64,000 bases of DNA from a virus. Lineage: Duplodnaviria > Heunggongvirae > Uroviricota > Caudoviricetes. The translations under genes and the position numbers were made by a program. This document shows, in pieces, positions 17,968 through 26,860 of this stretch. The stretch's first letter is position 1. Every line of letters begins with the position of its first letter. The notes beneath the pieces are model-generated. The model ran no database searches. It had not been told where the DNA came from and was given only the letters and a program-made list of their open reading frames with translations. The stretch spans positions 25,787 to 89,786 of IMG/VR virus record IMGVR_UViG_3300029288_003766. One strand, written 5' to 3'.

Positions 17968-18726
17968 ATGGATATTAAACTTATTTTAGGAGATTGTTTA
18001 ACAGAGCTCAAGAAGATCTCAGAAAATTCTGTGGATTTAATAGTGACTAGCCCACCCTATAACAAGAATGGGTTTAGAGGCAAACGTGATACATCTAGAG
18101 GTAAAGGCAGATGGTCGGGGGCAGATATATACTATGATGAATATATGGATGATATGGATGAGAAAGCATACAAGGATTGGCAAACATCTGTCCTAGATGA
18201 GTGCTACAGGGTTATTAGGCCTACAGGAAGCATATTATACAACCATAAGGTCAGAAGGGCTTCTGGTAGGGCTTCCCACCCCATGGAATGGCTTCTAAGG
18301 TGTAAGGCCCGGTTCTATCAACAGATAATCTGGGATAGGGGGTCGGGTCCAGATCATAATATAGGTTACCTTGACCCCACAACAGAGCTTATATTTTGGC
18401 TGGTAAAAGAAACCCCCAAATGTCATAAGGATAAGAACTGGGCTACTGAGGTCTGGCGTATACCACCAATTCCTACTGATAATGATCATCCAGCTCCTTT
18501 TCCTAAGAAACTCTGCAAAGCTGCAATTTTGACTACTACAGATGAAGGTGATACAGTGCTAGATCCTTTTATGGGATCTGGCACAGCCGGAGTAGTTGCC
18601 AAAGAACTTGGTCGCAATTTTATTGGTATAGAATTAAACCCGAAATATATAGAAATCGCTAAAGATCGAATTAATAAAGTTATTGGGAATGTTTTTAATC
18701 ATTCATTACGGGGGATATTGAAATGA
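17968..18726 (+). CDS. DNA methyltransferase, beta-class amino-MTase (SPPY)
   Basis: TSPPYNKNG and DPFMGSGTAGVVAKELGRNFIGIELNPKY. Confidence 0.8.
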   Translation: MDIKLILGDCLTELKKISENSVDLIVTSPPYNKNGFRGKRDTSRGKGRWSGADIYYDEYMDDMDEKAYKDWQTSVLDECYRVIRPTGSILYNHKVRRASGRASHPMEWLLRCKARFYQQIIWDRGSGPDHNIGYLDPTTELIFWLVKETPKCHKDKNWATEVWRIPPIPTDNDHPAPFPKKLCKAAILTTTDEGDTVLDPFMGSGTAGVVAKELGRNFIGIELNPKYIEIAKDRINKVIGNVFNHSLRGILK

Positions 18727-19370
18727 GCATTAATTTGATATTGGGAGATTGCTTAGAAGAAATGAAAAAGATTCCAGATAAGTCTATTGATCTTATATTA
18801 ACAGATCCGCCATATGGGGTTAATCTCAAATATGATTTATACAACGATACTGAAGATAATTGGTTTAAATTGATGACAAAATTTATACCAGAGGCAAGAA
18901 GAATAGCTAAGATGGTTATATTACCATCTTGTCAGATCAAAAGACTTACTTGGGTATATAATAATTTTCCTCCTGATTGGTTGATCTGTTGGTATAAAGG
19001 GTCGACAGGATGCTCAGCGTTTATTGGTTTTAACGATTGGGAACCTCTTTTAGTTTACGGCAAACGAAAAGGAGTTTGGATGCATGATTATTTCCAGGCC
19101 GCGAATAATGAGAAAATGGGCAACTACGGTCATCCTTGCCCTAAGCCTCTTGCTTGGGCTAAGTGGTTAATAGAAAAATCAAAGGCTCAAACAGTATTAG
19201 ATCCTTTTATGGGATCTGGCACAACCGGAGTAGCTGCTAAGGAGTTGGGTCGAGATTTTATAGGTATAGAACTTAGCCCTAAGTATTTTGATATAGCAAA
19301 GGAAAGAATAGAAGGAACTTTGAAATCCTGTTCTTTGGTAGATATGATAAAGATAAACAAAGAAGATTAA
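18723..19370 (+). CDS. DNA N6-adenine methyltransferase, beta-class (DPPY)
   Basis: TDPPYGVN and DPFMGSGTTGVAAKELGRDFIGIELSPKY; 4-nt overlap with upstream MTase. Confidence 0.8.
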   Translation: MSINLILGDCLEEMKKIPDKSIDLILTDPPYGVNLKYDLYNDTEDNWFKLMTKFIPEARRIAKMVILPSCQIKRLTWVYNNFPPDWLICWYKGSTGCSAFIGFNDWEPLLVYGKRKGVWMHDYFQAANNEKMGNYGHPCPKPLAWAKWLIEKSKAQTVLDPFMGSGTTGVAAKELGRDFIGIELSPKYFDIAKERIEGTLKSCSLVDMIKINKED

Positions 19371-19439
19371 TTTTATAAATTTTATAAAACACTATCCTAA
19401 CTACTTATAAATACATACTTAAAATAATTAAAATAGTTC

Positions 19440-19467
19440 TTGACAAAGACAAATTTTTATGTATAAT
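19440..19467 (+). promoter_or_regulatory. sigma70-type promoter (TTGACA - 16 nt - TGn TATAAT)
   Basis: TTGACA at 19440-19445 and TATAAT at 19462-19467 with TG immediately upstream (extended -10). TTTTATAAATTTTATAAA box at 19370-19387 upstream. About 30 nt before the ATG at 19497. Confidence 0.6.
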
Positions 19468-19496
19468 TACCCTTGCTAGACAAAATGGTGGGGTAA

Positions 19497-20207
19497 ATGA
19501 ATAATAAAGAGCTAATCCTAAAGATTACTGATGGAAACAAGGCCAGACGCATCGAAAAGATTCTGTCCTTTATATATAAGAACTATGTTATTCAGACTGC
19601 CAAACCCAGAAATACTTTCCCCACCTCAATAGATATTACTAATATTATAATCCCAGCCAAGGATCAAAAAAACAAGATAGCTATTGTTGCTCACCATGAT
19701 GTCTATCCAGGATCACACGGATACAACGATAATAGTTCCGGGGTTATAATTTTATTAAAACTTCAACAATGTTTGCCAGATAATGTGGAATTAGTATTTA
19801 CAGATGGTGAGGAACGGGGTGGTCAAGGATGCAGATACTATTTGGAAAACTACCCGAGACCTACAAAAGCCATAAATATTGATGTTGTTGGACTGGGAAA
19901 CAAGATCTTTTATGAGGCCTATGGACAAGAATACTATGGACAAGAATACTATGAGACATATGGAGGATTGTTCTTTACCATACCAAAATCCGTTGAATAT
20001 TACTCCCACATTCCTTTTAGTGATAGTTATATTCTAGCGGATTACGATGTGCCGAATATCTTGTTGCTTACCGGGAGTAACAAGGATCATCTAATTAGAG
20101 AAATCTTTGAGGCCCAGCATACTAATAAGAATGATGGTAAAATAGATTTGATCCGCGAAGATATAATGAATAAGGTTTTTGACACAGTAGTAGGAATGAT
20201 AAAATGA
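19497..20207 (+). CDS. M28-family zinc peptidase-like protein
   Basis: Spacing of AHHDV (HxD), NDNSSG (Asp), DGEERG (EE) and NIDVVG (Asp) fits the co-catalytic zinc ligand pattern of M28/M20 peptidases. Confidence 0.4.
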   Translation: MNNKELILKITDGNKARRIEKILSFIYKNYVIQTAKPRNTFPTSIDITNIIIPAKDQKNKIAIVAHHDVYPGSHGYNDNSSGVIILLKLQQCLPDNVELVFTDGEERGGQGCRYYLENYPRPTKAINIDVVGLGNKIFYEAYGQEYYGQEYYETYGGLFFTIPKSVEYYSHIPFSDSYILADYDVPNILLLTGSNKDHLIREIFEAQHTNKNDGKIDLIREDIMNKVFDTVVGMIK

Positions 20208-20458
20208 AAAACCAACCAATGAGAACAAGAATAGTATTTAGAGATGAAGAAACCTTATATGTTCTTTATTACCAAGGAAAACAGATTTATACTGAGAAGG
20301 AAAAGTTGGCTGACGCTGACCGTCGTAAGATTGGTTTTGAAAGAAATAAGTCAGTTTATTTTACTATAAAGTCTGCGGAAGAAGGGATTATTAATTTTGT
20401 GAAAACCTATAGTTTAAATAAAGAAGATTTTGTTATTAAAGTATTTGGAGTTAAATGA
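20204..20458 (+). CDS. hypothetical protein (84 aa)
   Basis: ORF coupled (ATGA) to upstream gene. Confidence 0.4.
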   Translation: MKNQPMRTRIVFRDEETLYVLYYQGKQIYTEKEKLADADRRKIGFERNKSVYFTIKSAEEGIINFVKTYSLNKEDFVIKVFGVK

Positions 20459-20640
20459 AAAAGAAAGAACCTAAATATAAAGGATATCGTTTAGTTCCCG
20501 AAACTACCGGAAAGATTACTGATGGTGTATATATTCGTGAAGATAATCAAGCGTTGATTGTAAGTTTTGCTTGGGGTAATAAGAGTGGGCAGCGGGATTT
20601 GCATTTTAAACCTATGGATGAAACAGATGAAAGAAACTAA
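20455..20640 (+). CDS. hypothetical protein (61 aa)
   Basis: Small coupled ORF. Confidence 0.35.
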   Translation: MKKKEPKYKGYRLVPETTGKITDGVYIREDNQALIVSFAWGNKSGQRDLHFKPMDETDERN

Positions 20641-20923
20641 AACTAAAAGAAAACCGGCGTATGAAATAGTTTTAAACGCCTTGCAAGCAGGATTGACTGT
20701 GAGGTTAGGTGACCGCGAGTATATGATGCAAGATGACCAAATAGTGATTAAAGTTACTTGCTATAAAAATGGACTTGATAAGGATTGTGAAGAGAAGATG
20801 TTGGTCATTGATATGACTCTAAACAATTTTATTAGTTTATGTAACCAAATTCCTGAGAATGAGTTGTTTGGAATAGGTTGTAGTGTTGCTTTGACTAATA
20901 TGCACAAGGAAAAGAACAGATGA
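20627..20923 (+). CDS. hypothetical protein (98 aa)
   Basis: Start taken at the ATG at 20627 (MKETKTKRK). Confidence 0.4.
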   Translation: MKETKTKRKPAYEIVLNALQAGLTVRLGDREYMMQDDQIVIKVTCYKNGLDKDCEEKMLVIDMTLNNFISLCNQIPENELFGIGCSVALTNMHKEKNR

Positions 20924-21879
20924 AAGAGCGAGAAATAGCAGAAAATAATCGTATACTGGAGATCATAACAGGCAGCCATCTTTACGGGACTGCCTCTGAG
21001 ACATCAGACAGGGATTATGTAGGTATTTTTCTTCCCAGCACTGAGTATGTTCTTGGTTTTAAAACCATAGAAGAAGTAGATTTCTCTGTTGTAGATAAAA
21101 ATGAAGCCGGCAAGAATACTGAAAAGGCCTTGGATCGAAAGCTTTATGAGTTTCGGAAATTTATGAAGCTTGCTATGGAGAACAACCCCAATATTATTGA
21201 GATTTTGTTTGCAAACCCGGAGAATATTGTATATAGCAATAATATAGGTAAGGAGTTGTTAGATATTAGGCATTTTTTTCCTTATAAAGGGCTTAAAGAG
21301 AAGTTTCTAGGATATGCTTTCAGCCAGAAGCATAAGATGGTTATCAAAAAAGACAACTACTTCGAATTGATGGATGCAGTAGGTTTTCTCAAAAACCAGA
21401 ACCCGGGTAAGATTATTCTTGAGATAGCTTTGGGCAACTGCCCCTACTTCCTTAAGAAACAGTTGGATAAGGAGAACAACATAAGCTTCATAAAAGTGGG
21501 TGATCTTAACCTTATGCCTCATATCACAACTAAGAAAGCTGCTGAGATGATATCTGATCGATTAGATAAGGTAGGAAACAGGGAAGAGCTGCTGACCAAA
21601 TATGGATATGACACCAAGTTTGCTTCGCATCTTATAAGGCTAATGCTAGAAGGAATTGAGTTGCTTAATACTGGAGAGATTAAATTTCCTCTACAGTACG
21701 CCGGAACATTACGAGATATTAGAAATGGTAAATGGAGTATAGAGGATATTTTTAACTATTCAGCTGAGCTGGAGAATGAAATGAGCTCTGTAGTTGAAAA
21801 ATCAACCTTACCTTTGAAACCAAACACTGATTTATTGGAAAGATTTACTATTTTAACATTGAGGGAGGCAATTATATGA
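20920..21879 (+). CDS. Pol-beta-superfamily nucleotidyltransferase
   Basis: ITGSHLYGTASETSDRDYVGIF matches the GS-x(9-13)-DxD nucleotidyltransferase signature; 319 aa. Confidence 0.55.
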   Translation: MKEREIAENNRILEIITGSHLYGTASETSDRDYVGIFLPSTEYVLGFKTIEEVDFSVVDKNEAGKNTEKALDRKLYEFRKFMKLAMENNPNIIEILFANPENIVYSNNIGKELLDIRHFFPYKGLKEKFLGYAFSQKHKMVIKKDNYFELMDAVGFLKNQNPGKIILEIALGNCPYFLKKQLDKENNISFIKVGDLNLMPHITTKKAAEMISDRLDKVGNREELLTKYGYDTKFASHLIRLMLEGIELLNTGEIKFPLQYAGTLRDIRNGKWSIEDIFNYSAELENEMSSVVEKSTLPLKPNTDLLERFTILTLREAII

Positions 21880-22178
21880 AAAAAGAAAAATGGCATTATG
21901 CAGTTGTGAAAAGTATGTTTGGAGATTATTGGGTTGGCAAGACCCAGCTTCCTCTGCAGAAGGAAATTGTTTTTGAGGACATAGAGGATGCTATAGAAAA
22001 AGCTGAAGAATTGTTTTGCAGAGATAAAGGATTTGACCCTGATTACGCTGATGATAACGAAGAGGACGAAGATGGTAGTGAAATGCTTTATGAATATGAG
22101 CAAATCAGGGAAAAAGCAGAGGAATCATCGGAGATAATTGCCAAAAGTATAGAAAAGTTTATTGTTGGATATTGGTAG
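21876..22178 (+). CDS. acidic hypothetical protein (100 aa)
   Basis: Asp/Glu-rich ORF coupled to upstream gene. Confidence 0.4.
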   Translation: MKKEKWHYAVVKSMFGDYWVGKTQLPLQKEIVFEDIEDAIEKAEELFCRDKGFDPDYADDNEEDEDGSEMLYEYEQIREKAEESSEIIAKSIEKFIVGYW

Positions 22179-22202
22179 AGTGTATAAATAGGAGGTAATT
22201 AG

Positions 22203-22298
22203 ATGAACATAAATATAATAAGAGCTTTTATTCTGGGAGTTGCGTGTGGAGCATTTATAATGGGATTTGGATTATTGGCAATATTACTTAAAACTTAA
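22203..22298 (+). CDS. small hydrophobic peptide (31 aa)
   Basis: AGGAGG RBS 6 nt upstream; single predicted TM helix FILGVACGAFIMGFGLLAILL. Confidence 0.3.
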   Translation: MNINIIRAFILGVACGAFIMGFGLLAILLKT

Positions 22299-22312
22299 GG
22301 AGGTGAGAACGA

Positions 22313-22738
22313 ATGGGTAATGGTGGTGAATACAACATAGATCAAGCACAAGAAGTAACTAAACCAGAAGCAGAACAGAAAAAGGAGGCAGCAATGTCGG
22401 AGGAAGTCAAAGTAGAAGGTATTTTTATTGCGTCGTTAAAACGCAATAATAAACAGATCAGAGATGACCGCGCCCAGGCCATAGGAGAGGACGCGCAGTT
22501 GATTTACAAAAGGAAGATTGAGGACATGAGGGTAAACATCAGGAAGATGGCAAGAGACAGGGAGAATATGCTGGACCTTTCTCCTGAAAATGCAATGAGC
22601 CTGAAGCTGGCCAGCGATTTCAACGCTGAGGAATACGCAACAAAGGATATTGAGCTTGGCCGGAAGATAAGGGATGCTGAGATCACCCTTGAAATTACTG
22701 AGGCTCAATACACAAAACTATTTGGAGGAAAGGCATAA
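22313..22738 (+). CDS. hypothetical coiled-coil protein (141 aa)
   Basis: GGAGG RBS; charged heptad-like sequence. Confidence 0.45.
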   Translation: MGNGGEYNIDQAQEVTKPEAEQKKEAAMSEEVKVEGIFIASLKRNNKQIRDDRAQAIGEDAQLIYKRKIEDMRVNIRKMARDRENMLDLSPENAMSLKLASDFNAEEYATKDIELGRKIRDAEITLEITEAQYTKLFGGKA

Positions 22739-23586
22739 TGGGCGGCGGAATGTATTCAGTATCGGCAAGAGCAATGTCCGGCAGATCCGATTATTACAAA
22801 TCGGCGTCTCCTTCTGAAATATTTAAGGAGAAGAGTGTAAACAACGCCATGAATCCCAACGGAATCAAGATCAGGGAATCTAGGGATTCTAAAGAGCATC
22901 CAAACAGCTTGGCCATAATTCTGGCTTTGGATGTTACGGGTAGCATGGGCAGCATCCCCGTCCATCTTATTAAGGATGGGTTCCCGACTATGATGGAAAC
23001 CATCATAAAGGATGGAGTCAAAGATCCGCAAGTTCTGTTCTTAGGGATAGGTGATCATGAGTGTGACAGCGCGCCCCTACAGGTTGGCCAATTTGAGAGC
23101 TCAGATGAGCTCTTGGATCATTGGCTTCAGACTATCTATCTTGAGGGTGGGGGCGGAGGTAACGCCGGAGAATCATACCTCTTGGCCTATTACTTTGCGG
23201 CGAAGCATACCTCTATTGACTGCTTCGAGAAGAGGGGCCAGAAAGGTTGGCTCTTTACCGTTGGTGATGAGCCTCCGTTAAAGCGTGTTCCTAAGTCTTC
23301 CTTGCAGGAGATTATGGGAGATGGCCAGTATGATAATATGGATATAGGCACCCTGATAGATGAAGCGAGGAAAACATACAATGTCTATCATATCCTGATT
23401 AAACAAGGATCAGCTGGATCTCTGGATAGGACATATAATGCATGGAAGCAATTATTAGGAGATAACCTCCTAATCGCGGAGCATCATGAAGATGTTCCAA
23501 AGATTATCTCTGATACTATCAATAAAAACGTATCTCCGGCCAAAGTTGAAAGTGTAAAGCCGGAAACAGGAGATATTTTACTGTAA
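22738..23586 (+). CDS. von Willebrand factor A (vWA) domain protein
   Basis: LALDVTGSMG fits the MIDAS DxSxS motif. Confidence 0.55.
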   Translation: MGGGMYSVSARAMSGRSDYYKSASPSEIFKEKSVNNAMNPNGIKIRESRDSKEHPNSLAIILALDVTGSMGSIPVHLIKDGFPTMMETIIKDGVKDPQVLFLGIGDHECDSAPLQVGQFESSDELLDHWLQTIYLEGGGGGNAGESYLLAYYFAAKHTSIDCFEKRGQKGWLFTVGDEPPLKRVPKSSLQEIMGDGQYDNMDIGTLIDEARKTYNVYHILIKQGSAGSLDRTYNAWKQLLGDNLLIAEHHEDVPKIISDTINKNVSPAKVESVKPETGDILL

Positions 23587-24455
23587 TGAAGTGTCGATCA
23601 ACTAACAGTGGAGTCTATATGATTATTAATAATATAAATGGAAAATTCTATATAGGCTCCACTGTTAATTTCCAACAAAGATGTTATGAACATTTGAAAA
23701 GATTGAGGCAAAATAAACATCATTCTCCCATGCTTCAGAATTCTTGGAATAAATATGGGGAAGAATATTTTATATTTAATATTGTTGAAGAAGTATCTGG
23801 AGCATCTAATTTAATAGAAAAGGAACAATTTTGGATTGATTGTTTACACCCTAAATTTAATTGGGGCAAGGTTGCTGGTAGCCCCGCAGGTATTAAACGC
23901 TCAGAAAAAACAAAAGCCTTACTAAGGAAAATAACATTGAAACAATTTAAGGATAAAGGCCATCCTTGTAAAGGTAAAAAATATGGACCAGAAGCTAGAG
24001 AAAACATGTCTAACGCACATAAAGGAAAATCTTTAAAAGAAATGGGCCACAATAAAAAGTGTGTGTGCTCTGTTTGTAAAACCAAGAGACACGAGATAAT
24101 AGGTAATAAACACCCAAACTATGGAAAGCGGGGAAAATCCTTACCAGAGATGGGGCATAAGAAAAGATGTATGTGTTCTGTTTGTAAGGCTTCACGCCAC
24201 GAACTAGTTGGTAATAAAAACCCAAACTACAAAAAACAACCTTCTATTGAAGCGATAGAAAAAATTAGAAAAAAACTTTTAATACCAATTTCCCAGTATT
24301 CTAAAACAGGAGAGTTTATAAAAAATTGGGATGGCGCTATTATAGCTGCGCAAGAACTAAACTTATTTGCTACGGGAATTAATGCTTGTTTAAGAGGAAA
24401 ACTAAAGACTAGCGGAGGTTTTATTTGGAAATACATGGAGCCTTTATATGAGTAA
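23586..24455 (+). CDS. GIY-YIG homing endonuclease with NUMOD3 repeats
   Basis: GVYMIINNINGKFYIGST (GIY...YIG), repeated N.HKGK / NKHPNYGK NUMOD3-like units, duplicated CxCSVCK zinc knuckles, and a C-terminal IPISQYSKTGEFIKNWDGAIIAAQELN DNA-binding-like tail. Confidence 0.8.
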   Translation: MKCRSTNSGVYMIINNINGKFYIGSTVNFQQRCYEHLKRLRQNKHHSPMLQNSWNKYGEEYFIFNIVEEVSGASNLIEKEQFWIDCLHPKFNWGKVAGSPAGIKRSEKTKALLRKITLKQFKDKGHPCKGKKYGPEARENMSNAHKGKSLKEMGHNKKCVCSVCKTKRHEIIGNKHPNYGKRGKSLPEMGHKKRCMCSVCKASRHELVGNKNPNYKKQPSIEAIEKIRKKLLIPISQYSKTGEFIKNWDGAIIAAQELNLFATGINACLRGKLKTSGGFIWKYMEPLYE

Positions 24456-25569
24456 CTTTGTGGTTATAGGATGTCAATTCGGAGACGAAGGCAAGGGATT
24501 GGTAACTGATTGGTTATGTTCTCAATCCTCAAAACCGGCTGAGGTAGTAAGATTTACCGGGGGGCATCAATGCGGCCATACTGTTGTAGTCGACGGTAAG
24601 AGGCATGTGTTCTCCAGCTTTGGTTCAGGAACGTTAAGAGGAGTTCCTACTTATTGGTCACATTTCTGTACGGTTAACCCAATAGGATTTGTTAACGAGT
24701 TGATGATATTACAAGAAAAGGATATTGAACCTGAAATATTTATAGAAGGAGATTGCCCTGTTACTACTCCTTATGATGTTTTAAATAATAAGTGGGATCA
24801 CGAAATTAAACAACATGGTAGCTGTGGTGTAGGATTTGGAGCAACAATGCAGAGAGAAGAAGATTTCTATTCTTTGACATTTTATGATCTGTTCTTCCCC
24901 GATATATTAAGGGAAAAATTGAAGAATATTAATGAATGCTACTATGAGATGACCGGAGTAGATGTTAATATAGATTCATTCCTGAGATGCTGCAACACGA
25001 TGACAAAAATTGATAATATAAAGATGAAGGTCCCTACCGGGATTAAGGAAAAAATATTTGAGGGAGCGCAGGGGCTTATGTTAGATCAACATTTTGGAGT
25101 CTTTCCTAATGTTACAAGATCTAATACAGGAACTAAGAATTTAGTAGATGCTGGTTGGATTAAGGAAGAAGATGAAATATATTTAGTAACTCGTGCTTAC
25201 CAAACTAGGCACGGCAACGGGTTTATGACAAATGAAAATATTCCACATAATATTAAAAAAAATATACATGAAACTAACGTAGAGAACGCCTATCAAGGTA
25301 AATTTAGAAGGACCTTGTTAGATCTGTCTTTATTAGAATATAGCATAAACAAGGATGATTTTATACGCAACTCAAATAATAAGAGGCTAATAATTACCTG
25401 TCTTGATCATATAGAGAATGAACATAGATTTACATATAAAGGTGATACAGTAAACTGCTTGAACGAGGACGAATTTGTTTCTAAAATTTCGGATATTCTA
25501 GGTATAAAAACAATTTATTTAAGTCATTCAGAAGATTCTAAAAACATTATACAATGGAAAAAACAATGA
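24448..25569 (+). CDS. adenylosuccinate synthetase family protein (PurA homolog; candidate PurZ-type 2-aminoadenylosuccinate synthase)
   Basis: VVIGCQFGDEGKGLVTD (P-loop GDEGKGK-like) and GGHQCGHTV (GGHNAGHTV-like) PurA motifs. 373 aa, shorter than bacterial PurA. Phage context. Confidence 0.7.
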   Translation: MSNFVVIGCQFGDEGKGLVTDWLCSQSSKPAEVVRFTGGHQCGHTVVVDGKRHVFSSFGSGTLRGVPTYWSHFCTVNPIGFVNELMILQEKDIEPEIFIEGDCPVTTPYDVLNNKWDHEIKQHGSCGVGFGATMQREEDFYSLTFYDLFFPDILREKLKNINECYYEMTGVDVNIDSFLRCCNTMTKIDNIKMKVPTGIKEKIFEGAQGLMLDQHFGVFPNVTRSNTGTKNLVDAGWIKEEDEIYLVTRAYQTRHGNGFMTNENIPHNIKKNIHETNVENAYQGKFRRTLLDLSLLEYSINKDDFIRNSNNKRLIITCLDHIENEHRFTYKGDTVNCLNEDEFVSKISDILGIKTIYLSHSEDSKNIIQWKKQ

Positions 25570-26258
25570 AAAAAGGCGACGGACTGGATATTGGAAATCG
25601 GATGAAGCAGTATGAGAATATAACCGAAGCTCATCTGACTAGAAGAGTGCCTGTTATAGTTAGAGTAGATGGAAGAGCTTTTCACACCATAACTCGGACA
25701 AGGTTTAAGAGAGCATGGTCCCAAGAGTTTGTGGACCAGATGTCCGAGGTAGCTATGGTTGTCCAAGGAGATATGCAAGGTTGTGATTTCTGCTATGCCC
25801 AATCAGATGAGATCTCTTTTCTTTTAACCGATTACAAGACTATACGTACACAACCTTGGTTTGATTATGATCTTAGGAAGATAATCTCAATATCAGCTTC
25901 ATTAGCCAGTAGTGTATTTTCGAGGATTTATGGCAAGAATGTAGCCTTTGACAGCCGAGCGTTTAATATGCCTCAAGATGAGGTAGTAAATTACTTTATT
26001 TGGAGGCAGATAGATGCTACGCGCAACGCTATTCAGATGGCTGGCAGGGAGTACTTTTCCCACAAGGAATTAAATAATCTTAGCTGTAATGAAATACAAG
26101 AGAAGCTGTTTAAAGAGAAAGAGATCAATTTTAATGATTACCCTACTATAAGGAAGAGAGGATTTACTGTTATCAAGGGTGCTATTGATATTGGTATTCC
26201 TATCTTTACTCAGGATAGAAACTATGTTGAGAAGTTTGTTAATGTTCGAGAGGATTAA
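25554..26258 (+). CDS. Thg1-like protein (tRNA-His guanylyltransferase family, 3'-5' polymerase)
   Basis: VIVRVDGRAFH, AQSDEISF, SASLASSVFS and FIWRQIDATRN align with conserved Thg1/TLP blocks. True start may be the ATG at 25566 (ATGA overlap). Confidence 0.75.
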   Translation: MEKTMKKGDGLDIGNRMKQYENITEAHLTRRVPVIVRVDGRAFHTITRTRFKRAWSQEFVDQMSEVAMVVQGDMQGCDFCYAQSDEISFLLTDYKTIRTQPWFDYDLRKIISISASLASSVFSRIYGKNVAFDSRAFNMPQDEVVNYFIWRQIDATRNAIQMAGREYFSHKELNNLSCNEIQEKLFKEKEINFNDYPTIRKRGFTVIKGAIDIGIPIFTQDRNYVEKFVNVRED

Positions 26259-26260
26259 TA

Positions 26261-26500
26261 ATGGACCAATCTAACATAAAAAGCCCCTCAGATCGAAAAG
26301 TTTGGGCACAGATCTTTACTGAGATCAATATTAGGACTGCTACTAAAAAACATTGTGGTAAAGACTGCCCCCACTTGATTTGGATACCTATGAAGATAGG
26401 AGATTTATGTAAACTTTTTAAGAAGAGGTTAAAACACGACAAGAAAAATTATTTATTACGTTGTGAAGAGTGTGTGAGCTCAGAAATAAAGAGAGATTAA
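26261..26500 (+). CDS. hypothetical protein (79 aa)
   Basis: Coupled ORF with Cys pairs. Confidence 0.4.
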   Translation: MDQSNIKSPSDRKVWAQIFTEINIRTATKKHCGKDCPHLIWIPMKIGDLCKLFKKRLKHDKKNYLLRCEECVSSEIKRD

Positions 26501-26860
26501 ATGGAAAAAGAACTGATAACTAAATTAGCTGATGCTTATAAAGAAATTGATCTTTTAACAAGAGATATTAAGCAGTGGAAAGACAGAAAGTTTGAATTTG
26601 CGGTACATGACGCTATTATTGCAGATATTGTTAATCGTTTATACGGTTCCGGTGCTCATGGTTCTCCAAGCATTATGAGTATGGTTCATTGTGGTTTTGT
26701 TTGCGGTTTAGGGGGAACAAAAGCCGAACCATCTTTTGTCAGGTCTATGTATAAAGCCTATAAAATATTCCCTAATGAACAACAGGAAAAAGAATTAAAC
26801 GAGTGGGAAGAATTTTTAAATACATTACAGAAAAGAGATTATAAACAAAAAGAGGATTAG
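26501..26860 (+). CDS. hypothetical protein (119 aa)
   Basis: Coupled ORF. Confidence 0.45.
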   Translation: MEKELITKLADAYKEIDLLTRDIKQWKDRKFEFAVHDAIIADIVNRLYGSGAHGSPSIMSMVHCGFVCGLGGTKAEPSFVRSMYKAYKIFPNEQQEKELNEWEEFLNTLQKRDYKQKED

